From Syntrophorhabdaceae bacterium (GTDB lineage Bacteria; Desulfobacterota; Syntrophorhabdia; Syntrophorhabdales; Syntrophorhabdaceae): a stretch of DNA of 64,000 bases. The position numbers were made by a program, and so were the translations under genes. The number at the start of each line of letters is the position of its first letter. Position 1 is the first letter of the stretch. The notes under the pieces were generated by a model. That model searched no databases. It saw only the letters and a program-made list of their open reading frames with translations, and was not told where the DNA came from. The stretch covers positions 192,001-256,000 of the forward strand of contig CAXXUO010000001.1 of NCBI GenBank assembly GCA_963666485.2, in the 5' to 3' direction. This document shows, in pieces, positions 13,665 through 22,926 of the stretch.

Positions 13665-15017
13665 CTACGCGCCGGTCGCTTTTTTTATGGCGTCGTACGT
13701 TACATGTACGAGTTCTTTCAGTGTCCGTGCATCGATGGCAGGCGGGGGCATAAGGACGATGACGTCGCCGAGCGGACGGATAATGACACCCCGTTTCCGG
13801 GCCTCTGCCACGACCTTTTGTCCGATCTTGTCCCCGGCCGTAAAAAGCCTTTTCGTCTTTTTGCTCTTCACGAGCTCGATACCGACCATGAACCCCCTCT
13901 GGCGGACCTCGCCCACATGAGGCAACTCTTTGAAACGGACGAGTTCATTTTTTAAAAGGGTGATCTTGTCCGCCATGTTCTCGATGACGCGGTCCTTCTC
14001 GAAAAGCTTGAGATTCTCGACGGCGGCCGCACAGGCCACGGGGTTTCCCGTATACGTGTGGCCATGAAAAAAGGTCTTGTATTCATCGAACCTGCCCAGG
14101 AACCCGCTGAAGACCTCGTCGGTCGTCGCTGTCACGGCAAGAGGCAGGTACCCGCCGGTAATGCCCTTGGCCATGCAGATAAAATCCGGCTCCACCCCTT
14201 CCTGTTCGCAGGCGAACATGGTGCCCGTCCTGCCAAACCCGGTAGCCACCTCATCGGTAATGAAATGCAGCCCGTTGTCTTTCGTTATCTTCCATACCCT
14301 GTTTAAAAAGCCGTCAGGCTGCATGATCATGCCCGCCGCTCCCTGCACAAGCGGCTCGATAATGACCGCGCAGACCTCCTCCCTGTGCTTTCTCACAATC
14401 TCTTCGAAACGCGTGACGCAGGCCATGCCGCAGGATCCGCGCTCAAGCTTGAGGGGGCACCGGTAGCAGTAGGGCGAAGGGGATTTTATCGATCTGAAAA
14501 GCAGCGGCCGGTACACCTTATGAAAAAGGTCGATACCCCCGATGCTGACGGAGCCGATCGTGTCACCGTGATAGCCGTTCGTAAAGGAGATGAACCTCTT
14601 CCGGTTCTTTGCCCCTTTTTGCTGCCAGTACTGATACGACATCTTGACCGCGATCTCGACAGATGTCGAGCCATTGTCGGAATAGAAGACTTTCGTGAGC
14701 CCGCGCGGCAGGATATCGACCAGCTTTTTCGCCAGGACCGTTGACGGGACATTCGCGAGGCCGAGCAGGGTCGAATGGCAAAGTTCCCGTGATTGTCTCT
14801 CTATGGCATCTATAAGCTCTTTGCGGCCATGACCATGGACAAGCACCCACAATGACGAAACGCCGTCTATATAGCGTTTTCCGTCGGTGTCGACGAGGTA
14901 GAATCCCTCGCCGCGCTCTATGATGAGCGGGTCGCCATCCACCCAGTCCGCCATTTGAGTAAAAGGGTGCCAGATATAATTTTTGTCCCAGGTTTTCAGG
15001 TCATCACTGCTGTACAT
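13665..15017 (-). CDS. bioA: 7,8-diaminononanoate aminotransferase
   Basis: IWHPFTQM, DEVATGFGRTG, AKGITGGYLP, FFHGHTYTGNP. Confidence 0.95.
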   Translation of the reverse strand: MYSSDDLKTWDKNYIWHPFTQMADWVDGDPLIIERGEGFYLVDTDGKRYIDGVSSLWVLVHGHGRKELIDAIERQSRELCHSTLLGLANVPSTVLAKKLVDILPRGLTKVFYSDNGSTSVEIAVKMSYQYWQQKGAKNRKRFISFTNGYHGDTIGSVSIGGIDLFHKVYRPLLFRSIKSPSPYCYRCPLKLERGSCGMACVTRFEEIVRKHREEVCAVIIEPLVQGAAGMIMQPDGFLNRVWKITKDNGLHFITDEVATGFGRTGTMFACEQEGVEPDFICMAKGITGGYLPLAVTATTDEVFSGFLGRFDEYKTFFHGHTYTGNPVACAAAVENLKLFEKDRVIENMADKITLLKNELVRFKELPHVGEVRQRGFMVGIELVKSKKTKRLFTAGDKIGQKVVAEARKRGVIIRPLGDVIVLMPPPAIDARTLKELVHVTYDAIKKATGA

Positions 15018-15042
15018 AATTACCTCTTGGTCGTTGTTTCAG

Positions 15043-15385
15043 GTTCCACGTTCCACGTTCCACGTTAAAGGCAAAGACGCTGGATCGCGGCTTTCGCCGG
15101 GATGACGGGGAGGAGAGGTTTTCAGGTTATCTGTCGAGTACATATATACCTCTCGGTCGTTGTTTCAAGTTTCAGGTCAAAATCAAATATACTCGCTCGC
15201 GGCCTTCGAGACTGTCGTCGTAATATTGTAGATGCCGTCATATTGGACATTCCGGAACCAACCCCTGCCGTCATCCCGGCCCCCGAGCCGGGACCCAAGG
15301 TTTTTCTTTTCCGTCGTTCCGGGATTATGAAATTAAAACCGTAAAAAAACCAAACCTTGGGTCCCGGGTCAAGCCCGGGATGACG
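15043..15385. repeat. (TTCCACG)n array, REP-like palindromes (15080-15107, 15269-15300, 15355-15385) and a duplicate of the bioA start
   Basis: Read directly; the last two REPs form an inverted pair. Confidence 0.85.
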
Positions 15386-15434
15386 ACGAGGGATACGTCA
15401 CGTCTTTGTATTTACGCCTTACTCCTCACTGTAG

Positions 15435-16607
15435 TTAAATCAGCCTCATCCTCTTCCCCGCGGCGATGATCGCGTCAATTGCGCTGTCCATCTGCTCGCG
15501 GGTAAAATCCCTGACAATTGTCAATCTCAGGCGCGACGTACCGGACGGGACTGTGGGCGGACGTATCGCCTGGAGGAAGAACCCGTCTTTCATTATCATC
15601 GACTGCATCTTTACGGCATCCGAGTCCTTGCCGACAACGATCGGGACGATGGGCCCGACGCTGTCCTTCAGATCGAAGCCTGCGCCTGCGAGACGCGAGC
15701 GCATGTAATCTATGTTGTGCCAGAGCTGCTCCTTGTACGACAGGTCGTTCGCAACAAGGTCCAGGGCGGCCCGGGCGGCGCCGAGAGCTGCGGGCGGCAG
15801 GGCGGTCGTGTACATGAACGTCCGGGCACGGTTCACGAGGTATTCAATGACGACGGGATCGGAAAGGACGAACGCCCCGATCGAGCCTAAGGCCTTGCCG
15901 AAGGTCGCCATGTGAATGTCCGCCTTCCCTTTGAGCCCGCAGAATTCTTCGACGCCACTGCCGCCTTTTCCAAAGATGGCGGTCCCGTGCGCATCGTCGA
16001 CAATCGTGTAGAACCCGTATTTTTTCTTGAGCTCCGCTATTTCCTTTAACGGGGCGACGTCTCCGTCCATGCTGAAAATAGATTCAGTTATCACGAACAC
16101 TTTACCGCCGGAGGAAGAATATTTTTTCAACTTCCGTTCCAGGTCCCCCGGGTCGCGATGCTTGAAGATCACCTTTTTTGCGTACGATAACCGCATCGCA
16201 TCGATGAGGCTGGAATGGTTCAATTCGTCGCTCAGGATCACATCGCCTTTGGCCGGGATGGTCGAGATGATCCCGATATTCGCCATGTAGCCTGTCGGAA
16301 ATATCAGGCCGCGCTTATACCCCTTGTAGCGGGCGATGTCCTGTTCCAGGTCTTTGTAAAGGTCGATGCTTCCCGATACGCTGCGGGACGAACAGCTGCC
16401 CGTACCGTACTCGTTCACTGCCTTGATGGCCGCGTCCTTGACGACGGGATGAAGATGGAGAGAAAGGTAGCTGTTCGAGCAAAGGTTCAGGTATTCCCTG
16501 CCCTCGTGAATAATGGTCGCGCCGGATACGGGCCGGATATACCTGATATTCCTGTAGTTGCCTTTTTCCTTTATATCCTTGAGCAGGGAGGACAGAGTAT
16601 TCTTCAT
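15435..16607 (-). CDS. bioF: 8-amino-7-oxononanoate synthase
   Basis: NLCSNSYL, NHSSLIDA, ESIFSMDGD, DDAHG, TFGKALG, AIRPPTVP. Confidence 0.95.
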   Translation of the reverse strand: MKNTLSSLLKDIKEKGNYRNIRYIRPVSGATIIHEGREYLNLCSNSYLSLHLHPVVKDAAIKAVNEYGTGSCSSRSVSGSIDLYKDLEQDIARYKGYKRGLIFPTGYMANIGIISTIPAKGDVILSDELNHSSLIDAMRLSYAKKVIFKHRDPGDLERKLKKYSSSGGKVFVITESIFSMDGDVAPLKEIAELKKKYGFYTIVDDAHGTAIFGKGGSGVEEFCGLKGKADIHMATFGKALGSIGAFVLSDPVVIEYLVNRARTFMYTTALPPAALGAARAALDLVANDLSYKEQLWHNIDYMRSRLAGAGFDLKDSVGPIVPIVVGKDSDAVKMQSMIMKDGFFLQAIRPPTVPSGTSRLRLTIVRDFTREQMDSAIDAIIAAGKRMRLI

Positions 16608-16632
16608 AGGATGCTGCTATTTACCTGTAATC

Positions 16633-16661
16633 TGTCAACGGTTACTGAAAAATGGTTAACC
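16633..16661. promoter_or_regulatory. Candidate BirA operator
   Basis: TGTCAAC-N15-GTTAACC imperfect palindrome just upstream of bioF. Confidence 0.5.
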
Positions 16662-16670
16662 ACAATCGTT

Positions 16671-16705
16671 AAAAAAATCAGGGTGGGTACGAGACCCACC
16701 CTGAT
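16671..16705 (-). terminator. Terminator after gcdA
   Basis: atcagggtgggt/acccaccctgat stem followed by a T run on the minus strand. Confidence 0.75.
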
Positions 16706-16718
16706 ATATTGTGTCTAA

Positions 16719-18437
16719 TTAGCCTTTGATGATCCTTGGCATGATCATCTGGTGCCACGGGCAGATCGATTTCGGGTTCGCGTATGCGCAGTTTGCGAAT
16801 GCGACGAAGTATTTCCTCAGGTCTGCCATCTTCACGACCTCGTCTACAAGGCCTTTCTTGGCGCAGTAGGACGGACGTGACATGTCATAGTAGTGTTTCA
16901 CGGTTGCGTTCATCTTGTCGATGACCGGTCCGAGAGGCTTGCCGGAATCTTTCTCTTTCACGAGGCGGCGGGCGAAACTTGCGACTGCGGCTGTTTCACC
17001 GTGCATGACGTAGATCTCGGTGGTTGCCGTGCCGAGCGTGAAGCAGTTGTTGTTGTTGGCCTGCGGGCCTGCCATGATGTAGTGGGCGGCTGCGCTGCCT
17101 TTCCTCAGGACGATGGTCATCATCGGGAGGTCGCTCTGCTCGATCGAGTAGATCAGTGACTGGCCAAGGCCGAGGAGCTCTGCTTTCTCGGCGATGTCGC
17201 CAACGTCGATGCCCGACGTATCCTGGAGCCATATCATCGGGACCCTGTCCCTGCCGCAGAGGGTCACGAATTCGTTAACTTTGATGAGGCCTTCGCGGTA
17301 GAACTTGCCGCCGATGCCGGGGTACGGAGCGTAGCTCGGATATCCCTTCGGGAGCATGCCCTGCCTGTTGCCGACGATGCCGATCAGGAAGCCGTCAACC
17401 TTGACAAGGCCGGTATAAAGCTCAGGGCCGATCTCCGGACGGAATTCCATGTGCTCGCTGTTGTCGACGAGGCGTGCCATGACGCCTTCCATGTCGTAAA
17501 CCATCTTCTGGTTGAAGGAAACGACGCTGTAAAGGTCTTCTGTCGGGTATTTCGGCTCTGCCGGTGCGGCAACCCGGAAAAAGCTGGGATCATAGTACGG
17601 AAGCTTCACGACCCAGGATTTCAGTGAGTCGAGGAGGCTCTCTTCTGACGGATGGACTTCGCGGAAGAAGCCGGTCACATCGTGATGGATCTCAACGCGT
17701 CCCGGGGGAACTGACTTAAATTTCTTGGTGGCCTCGATGATCGCATCGGCCATCTGTTCGTCGAAAAAGCCCTTCGGTGCCATACCGCTGACGATGCCGG
17801 CGCCGCCGACTGCGATGTTCGCGTCTTTATGGGCAAGAAGGAGTGTCGGGGAGATGCCCTGGTAGCCGCCGCCTGCGGGGTTCGTTCCGTAGATGGCTGC
17901 GAGTACGGGGATGCCCAGTTTGTTGAGTTCGGCATGGCGGAAGAATGTCGTGCCGCTGCCGTGCCTGTTTGCGTACATAGTTTCCTGCTCGGGAAGCTTG
18001 ACGCCGGAGCAGTTGACGATCCATACGAGCGGGCAATGAAGCCTTCTCGCGATGTCGGTCACGCGGAGGATATTGAGCGGCTGTCCTGCGATCCATGCAC
18101 CTGCCATGACCTTGTTGTCAAAGCCGATGATCACGCACCACCTGCCGTTTATCCTTCCGAGACCGTCGACAACGCCTGTGGTCCCTGATTCTTCATCCAT
18201 CGGGTCGAACAGCGTGTGCAGAGGTGCCCAGGTACCGGCGTCAACGATGTACTCCAGTCTCTGGTGAATCGTCCATTCACCGCGCTTGTTCAGCGTTTCC
18301 GCAGCCAGGCCGGCGTTTTTCGCCTTCTGGACGCGTTCTTCGATGTCTTTCTCTACGGCTTTGATCTCTTCGGTATTCTTCGCATTTACCTTAACCGGCT
18401 TATTCCATTCCTGCATCTTTTCAAAATACGGTCTCAT
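16719..18437 (-). CDS. gcdA: Glutaconyl-CoA decarboxylase alpha (carboxyltransferase) subunit
   Basis: MRPYFEKM start, GTNPAGGGY, QDTSGIDVG, SICPWHQM; 572 aa. Confidence 0.85.
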   Translation of the reverse strand: MRPYFEKMQEWNKPVKVNAKNTEEIKAVEKDIEERVQKAKNAGLAAETLNKRGEWTIHQRLEYIVDAGTWAPLHTLFDPMDEESGTTGVVDGLGRINGRWCVIIGFDNKVMAGAWIAGQPLNILRVTDIARRLHCPLVWIVNCSGVKLPEQETMYANRHGSGTTFFRHAELNKLGIPVLAAIYGTNPAGGGYQGISPTLLLAHKDANIAVGGAGIVSGMAPKGFFDEQMADAIIEATKKFKSVPPGRVEIHHDVTGFFREVHPSEESLLDSLKSWVVKLPYYDPSFFRVAAPAEPKYPTEDLYSVVSFNQKMVYDMEGVMARLVDNSEHMEFRPEIGPELYTGLVKVDGFLIGIVGNRQGMLPKGYPSYAPYPGIGGKFYREGLIKVNEFVTLCGRDRVPMIWLQDTSGIDVGDIAEKAELLGLGQSLIYSIEQSDLPMMTIVLRKGSAAAHYIMAGPQANNNNCFTLGTATTEIYVMHGETAAVASFARRLVKEKDSGKPLGPVIDKMNATVKHYYDMSRPSYCAKKGLVDEVVKMADLRKYFVAFANCAYANPKSICPWHQMIMPRIIKG

Positions 18438-18464
18438 TTACTACCTCCGGGGGCTTGTAGGAAT

Positions 18465-18482
18465 TTGTAACTGTTTTCACAA
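18465..18482. promoter_or_regulatory. Candidate Rex operator upstream of gcdA
   Basis: TTGTAACTGTTTTCACAA abutting the -10 of TTGACA-18-TAAAAT (18511-18482, minus strand). Confidence 0.55.
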
Positions 18483-18566
18483 TTTTAATTTTTTTTCCGG
18501 TAATTTGTCAACATAAAAGGCTTTTACATGGTATCACCGGAAAAAAAATTTCCTGGCAGGAAATAC

Positions 18567-18647
18567 CTAGAAATACTTCTTAAACGCTACTCTGACTATG
18601 ATGTAGATAACGATAACCAGACCCATTATGGCAAGATATTTCATCAT
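18567..18647 (-). CDS. Putative 26-aa single-TM small protein
   Basis: MMKYLAIMGLVIVIYIIVRVAFKKYF; TAAGGA RBS; hairpin plus T run downstream. Confidence 0.5.
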   Translation of the reverse strand: MMKYLAIMGLVIVIYIIVRVAFKKYF

Positions 18648-18705
18648 GACGAGAGTATCCTTATTATTGCGCTCGTGCTAAAAAGTATAAGCAGGTTACA
18701 CCTGA

Positions 18706-20004
18706 TCAGTGCTTGAAAAGGCGCTGCCCCGCGAATACCATGCTCACATTCTGCTCGTTGCAGGCCTCGATCACCTCGAAATCCCTTTCAGACCCGCCCG
18801 GCTGGATCACGCCGCGCGCCCCTTCATGGATCGCCGCGTCAACGCCGTCCCTGAACGGGAAGAACCCGTCCGAGACGATAACCGAACCCTCGAGACCGGC
18901 ATGGACGTTCCGTGTAAGGATATCTATTGCTATAAGGTCCTTCATGTCCCTTTGACCACGTGAGGCCTCGAGTTTGAAGATAGCATAGGGAACCCCGTAT
19001 TTCCTGAACACCTCGGTATCGGCGAACTTCTTGTACGCCTTGAATATCGCGATCTCGACCACACCAACCCGGTCCTGCTCCCCCGTTCCGATAGCGACCG
19101 TTGCCTCATCCTTCACAAAGAGCGCCGAATTCGAGCTCACGCCGGACTCGACATACCAGCCGAAGAGCATGTCCCTGTACTCCTCTTCCGTCGGCAGGCG
19201 CTTGATCTTGTAGTTCTCGCCTTTATAGACCGCTTCGGCCGGCTTCAGGTCTTCCTTGCCTTTTATCCGGAAGGGCTGTGACTCCTGGAGGACCAACCCC
19301 CCGTCCATGAGCGACTTTATGTCGATAATGCGCCGCGCCTTGAACTTGTTCAGGTTTTCTATCGAGCGCATCTGCATGATGCGGAGGTTTTTCCACTTCT
19401 TGAGGATATCGAGCGCGCCACCCTCGAAATCGGGCGCGCACACGACCTCGAAATAATACGGGACCATAGCCTTCGCGGTCTCGACATCCAGGGTCTTTGT
19501 AAAGACAACGGCCCCGCCAAAGGCCGCGATCCGGTCGCACCAGAAGGCCTTTTCGAAAGCCTCGGCCGATGTCGACCCGTAAGCCGCACCGCTTGGATTG
19601 TTATGTTTCATTATGGCGCAGGCAGGCTTCTGGTCAAGGAACCGCAGGATATTCAGGGCATTGTCGACATCCGTCAGGTTGATCTTCCCCGGGTGCTTGC
19701 CGACCTGCAGCATATCGGCCTCCGTCACCTTGCTGACAAGACCGGTATCTGTATCAAAGAAACGCGCATCGCCCAGGACAATGTTGCCGTTTATAAGCTC
19801 GTACATCGCGGAAGGCTGGTCGGGGTTCTCGCCGTACCGAAGGCCCCGCTCGACATCGCAGTTCTCATCCGCGTCGAAAATGTTCCAGACCTTCTTCTTA
19901 TAGATGAGGACCTGTCCGCCCATATCGATCTTGATCGTGTCGGGAAAATTGTCCTTCACTATTTTCTTGTACATGCCTTTGATATCTTCCAAAACTACCT
20001 CCAT
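18706..20004 (-). CDS. purH: PurH-family AICAR transformylase-type protein lacking the usual N-terminal cyclohydrolase domain
   Basis: LRYGENPDQ, KHNNPSG, AAFGG, SDGFFPF, IQPGGS, RLFKH. Confidence 0.85.
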   Translation of the reverse strand: MEVVLEDIKGMYKKIVKDNFPDTIKIDMGGQVLIYKKKVWNIFDADENCDVERGLRYGENPDQPSAMYELINGNIVLGDARFFDTDTGLVSKVTEADMLQVGKHPGKINLTDVDNALNILRFLDQKPACAIMKHNNPSGAAYGSTSAEAFEKAFWCDRIAAFGGAVVFTKTLDVETAKAMVPYYFEVVCAPDFEGGALDILKKWKNLRIMQMRSIENLNKFKARRIIDIKSLMDGGLVLQESQPFRIKGKEDLKPAEAVYKGENYKIKRLPTEEEYRDMLFGWYVESGVSSNSALFVKDEATVAIGTGEQDRVGVVEIAIFKAYKKFADTEVFRKYGVPYAIFKLEASRGQRDMKDLIAIDILTRNVHAGLEGSVIVSDGFFPFRDGVDAAIHEGARGVIQPGGSERDFEVIEACNEQNVSMVFAGQRLFKH

Positions 20005-20013
20005 GAAAAGAAT

Positions 20014-20245
20014 GGTTTCACGTTCCAGGTTCCACGTTCCACGAAAAAAACAAAGACACGGGATTCCGGCTTTCGCGGGAATGACGGCAATGAAAACGGT
20101 TCAAGGTTCAAGGTTCAAGGTTCAACGCTAAACCAAAATGTAGAACGTAGAACTGCAAAAACCTTGGGTCCCGGGTCAAGCCCGGGATGACGGCAGAAGA
20201 TGATTTGCCGTTAGCCGTTAGCCGTTAGCCGTACGCCGTTAGCCG
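20014..20245. repeat. Heptamer arrays (TTCCACG, GGTTCAA x4, GCCGTTA) interleaved with REPs (20060-20086, 20162-20192)
   Basis: Read directly. Confidence 0.85.
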
Positions 20246-22113
20246 ATCTTTTCTACCACCGTTTCCACATCCAGCCCCTGGCTTGCCAGGACCTCGTCTG
20301 TTTCGCCGGACGCGCCGTAACTTGTCGCACCGAAAGACATGAGCTTGCCCTTAAATCCGGCCTTGAGAAGACCTGCGGTGACGACCGGGGCTATGCCGGT
20401 CCTGACGTTGTGGTCCTCGTAGGTTACGATCACGGGCAGGGCCGCCAGCTTCGCAATCGCCGCATCGTCCGCCTCGTCTACGCACGGCATATTTATGACG
20501 GCAAATGCCTTTCCCTTTTCCGCCAGCTTTTCCCTGACCGCAAGCGCCTTTGAAACGAGGCCGCCGTACGTGATTATGGCCCCGTCCGTGCCCTCCGCCA
20601 TGGTATCCATTGCGCCGTACCGGAAGACATAATCGCCGCCGAAACAGGGTTGCCCATCCTTGCCGTACATGACGGGCCAGCGGTTGCGGCCGGTCGCGAC
20701 AAAGAAATTGCCCTTTGCCCCGGCTATGTACCGTATGACCCTGTCCGTCTGGTTCGGGTCGCACGGCACGATGATCTTTGCCCGGTACAGGCCGCGGACA
20801 AGACCGATATAATCGACGCATTGGTGGGTCTTGCCGTCAGGCCCGACATCGAGGCCAACGTGCGTGATGACCGTTTTGAGATTCGTGTAGTTTATGTCAT
20901 TTATCCGCTGCTGGTTGTACACCTCGTCAATCCCGAATACACCGAAGTCGGCAAAGAATGTCAGTATGCCGCGGGTCGACATCGCTCCCGCGACCGTTGC
21001 CGTATTGTGTTCCTGAATACCCCCCTGGAAAAAATTCTCCGGGTACGCCTTTGCAAAATCGGCCGTTTTCACGGAGCTTGCGAGGTCGCAATCGAAGGCC
21101 GCCACGTGACGCCCGTTGGGGATGTTCCGGTCGCCTATATCTTTCAGTGCCTTTCCGAACGCAGTACGGTTGTCGACCTTATCCGACTCATTATAGGTAA
21201 AAGGTGTACCTGTATCGATTGCTTCTTCGAAGTCCGCCGGGACAAGGTTGAAAGTCCATTTCCCCTTTCTGAGGTCTTTGTAATACTCCAGTCTGTCCTC
21301 GAGGCCGAGTATTGCCATCGCCTCTTTGTATTCCGCCGCGTTGAGCGGACTGCCGTGATATTTTTCCTTATGCTCCATAAAGGGAACACCGTTGCCCATG
21401 ACCGTATTGGCAATAATGCACACAGGGTTATCGACATCGCGGGCGCGCCTCAAGGCGGCATAAATATCCTGGTGATCGTGCCCGTTTATCTCGATGACGT
21501 CCCAGCCGTCGGAAATGTAGTCCTCGAGTATGTTCTGGGGCATGATAAGGTCGATGCTGCCGCTGATCTGGAGCTTGTTGTAGTCGACGAGGGCCGTCAT
21601 ATTGGACAGTCCGTACTTGACCGCGATGCGGCGCGCTTCGGCCAGCTGGCCCTTCTGCTGTTCGCCGTCGCCCATGAAAACGTAAATGTGGGACGAGCTG
21701 CCGCGCAGCTTCGACGCCATGGCAAACCCCGCTGCAGCGGAGAGGCCCTGCCCTAAGTTTCCCGTTGACCACTGTATAAAAGGGATCCCTTTGACAACGT
21801 GACCTTCGAACGGACTGCCCGTCTTCCTGAAGAATGCGATAACCTCGTCGACGGGCATGTGGCCGAGACGGGCTAAGCTCGCATAGACCCCCGGCGACGT
21901 ATGGCCGTGGCTCACCACGATCTGGTCCGTATTTTTACCGGAAAGGTTCGCTGAAGACAGAACGGTCAGGTAAAGGTCAAGGGATGACATCGACCCGCCT
22001 GGATGGCCCGTACCCGAAAGATGGGTCATCGTGATAATATCGCCTTTCGCGAGGTGGGATAATTCTTTGAGTTTTTCGACCTCTTTATCGGTGAGCTTTT
22101 CAGCATCAAACAT
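20239..22113 (-). CDS. tkt: Transketolase
   Basis: GHPGGSMS, STGNLGQG, GDGEQQKG, GPDGKTHQ; ATG at 22113 after GGAGG. Confidence 0.93.
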   Translation of the reverse strand: MFDAEKLTDKEVEKLKELSHLAKGDIITMTHLSGTGHPGGSMSSLDLYLTVLSSANLSGKNTDQIVVSHGHTSPGVYASLARLGHMPVDEVIAFFRKTGSPFEGHVVKGIPFIQWSTGNLGQGLSAAAGFAMASKLRGSSSHIYVFMGDGEQQKGQLAEARRIAVKYGLSNMTALVDYNKLQISGSIDLIMPQNILEDYISDGWDVIEINGHDHQDIYAALRRARDVDNPVCIIANTVMGNGVPFMEHKEKYHGSPLNAAEYKEAMAILGLEDRLEYYKDLRKGKWTFNLVPADFEEAIDTGTPFTYNESDKVDNRTAFGKALKDIGDRNIPNGRHVAAFDCDLASSVKTADFAKAYPENFFQGGIQEHNTATVAGAMSTRGILTFFADFGVFGIDEVYNQQRINDINYTNLKTVITHVGLDVGPDGKTHQCVDYIGLVRGLYRAKIIVPCDPNQTDRVIRYIAGAKGNFFVATGRNRWPVMYGKDGQPCFGGDYVFRYGAMDTMAEGTDGAIITYGGLVSKALAVREKLAEKGKAFAVINMPCVDEADDAAIAKLAALPVIVTYEDHNVRTGIAPVVTAGLLKAGFKGKLMSFGATSYGASGETDEVLASQGLDVETVVEKIG

Positions 22114-22114
22114 T

Positions 22115-22747
22115 TTACTTGCCTCCCATGGAGTAATAATCACAATCCTCGCGCAAGAGACAGCGCGGGCAATCGGGTTTTTTCGCCGTACAGATATACC
22201 GCCCGTGAACTATCATAAGAAGCGAAAAGGGCATCCACGATGGCACGGGGACGAGCGATCTCAAATCCATTTCGATCTTCCCCGGGTCCTTGTTCGCGGT
22301 CAGGCCGATCCGCTGCGACACCCGGGCGACATGTGTATCGACGATGACACCCGGCTTGTTGTAGGCAAGGCCGACGATCATGTTGGCCGACTTGCGCCCT
22401 ATTCCCTTAACCTTCGCGAACGTGTCGATATCGTCCGGGACCTTCCCGTCAAACTTTTTCACAAGGTCAGTTGCAATGTTCTTTATCGCTTTTGCTTTGT
22501 TATGATAAAAGCCTGTCGGGCGTATATCCTCTTCGAGTTCAGCGTCGGGGACGTCAATGTAATCCTGCGCTGTTTTATATTTCCTGAACAACTCTTTTGT
22601 CACCGCATTGACCCGCGCATCGGTGCACTGGGCGGACAAGACCGTGGCAACAACAAGCTCAAGGGGATTCGTATAGGAAAGCTCCACCCGGGGCTCGCCG
22701 TGCATTTCCTGAAGCCTTTTCAAGATCGACGCGATATCTTTTTTCAT
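22115..22747 (-). CDS. nth: Endonuclease III
   Basis: LSAQCTD, HhH GIGRKSAN, VDTHV, C-x6-C-x2-C-x5-C. Confidence 0.95.
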   Translation of the reverse strand: MKKDIASILKRLQEMHGEPRVELSYTNPLELVVATVLSAQCTDARVNAVTKELFRKYKTAQDYIDVPDAELEEDIRPTGFYHNKAKAIKNIATDLVKKFDGKVPDDIDTFAKVKGIGRKSANMIVGLAYNKPGVIVDTHVARVSQRIGLTANKDPGKIEMDLRSLVPVPSWMPFSLLMIVHGRYICTAKKPDCPRCLLREDCDYYSMGGK

Positions 22748-22810
22748 AGCAGGTGCAGAGAATGTAATTTTATACCATTTTGATTGAGAATGTGTCCAAA
22801 AGAAAAAAAC

Positions 22811-22924
22811 CGTTCAAAGTTCAAGGTTCAAAGATCAAGGGAAAGACCCTGAATGCGTCCTGCATGATGTGAACCTTTCCAGGGGTTCTTTCAGCCTTGA
22901 ACCTTGAACCTTGAACCTTGAACC
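22811..22924. repeat. Inverted pair of (GGTTCAA)/(TTGAACC) heptamer arrays
   Basis: 22811-22839 and 22895-22924. Confidence 0.8.
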
Positions 22925-22926
22925 TC

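Noticed and set aside
18528..18716. 62-aa plus-strand ORF
   Set aside because: No family features; the opposite-strand 26-aa ORF has a better RBS and composition.
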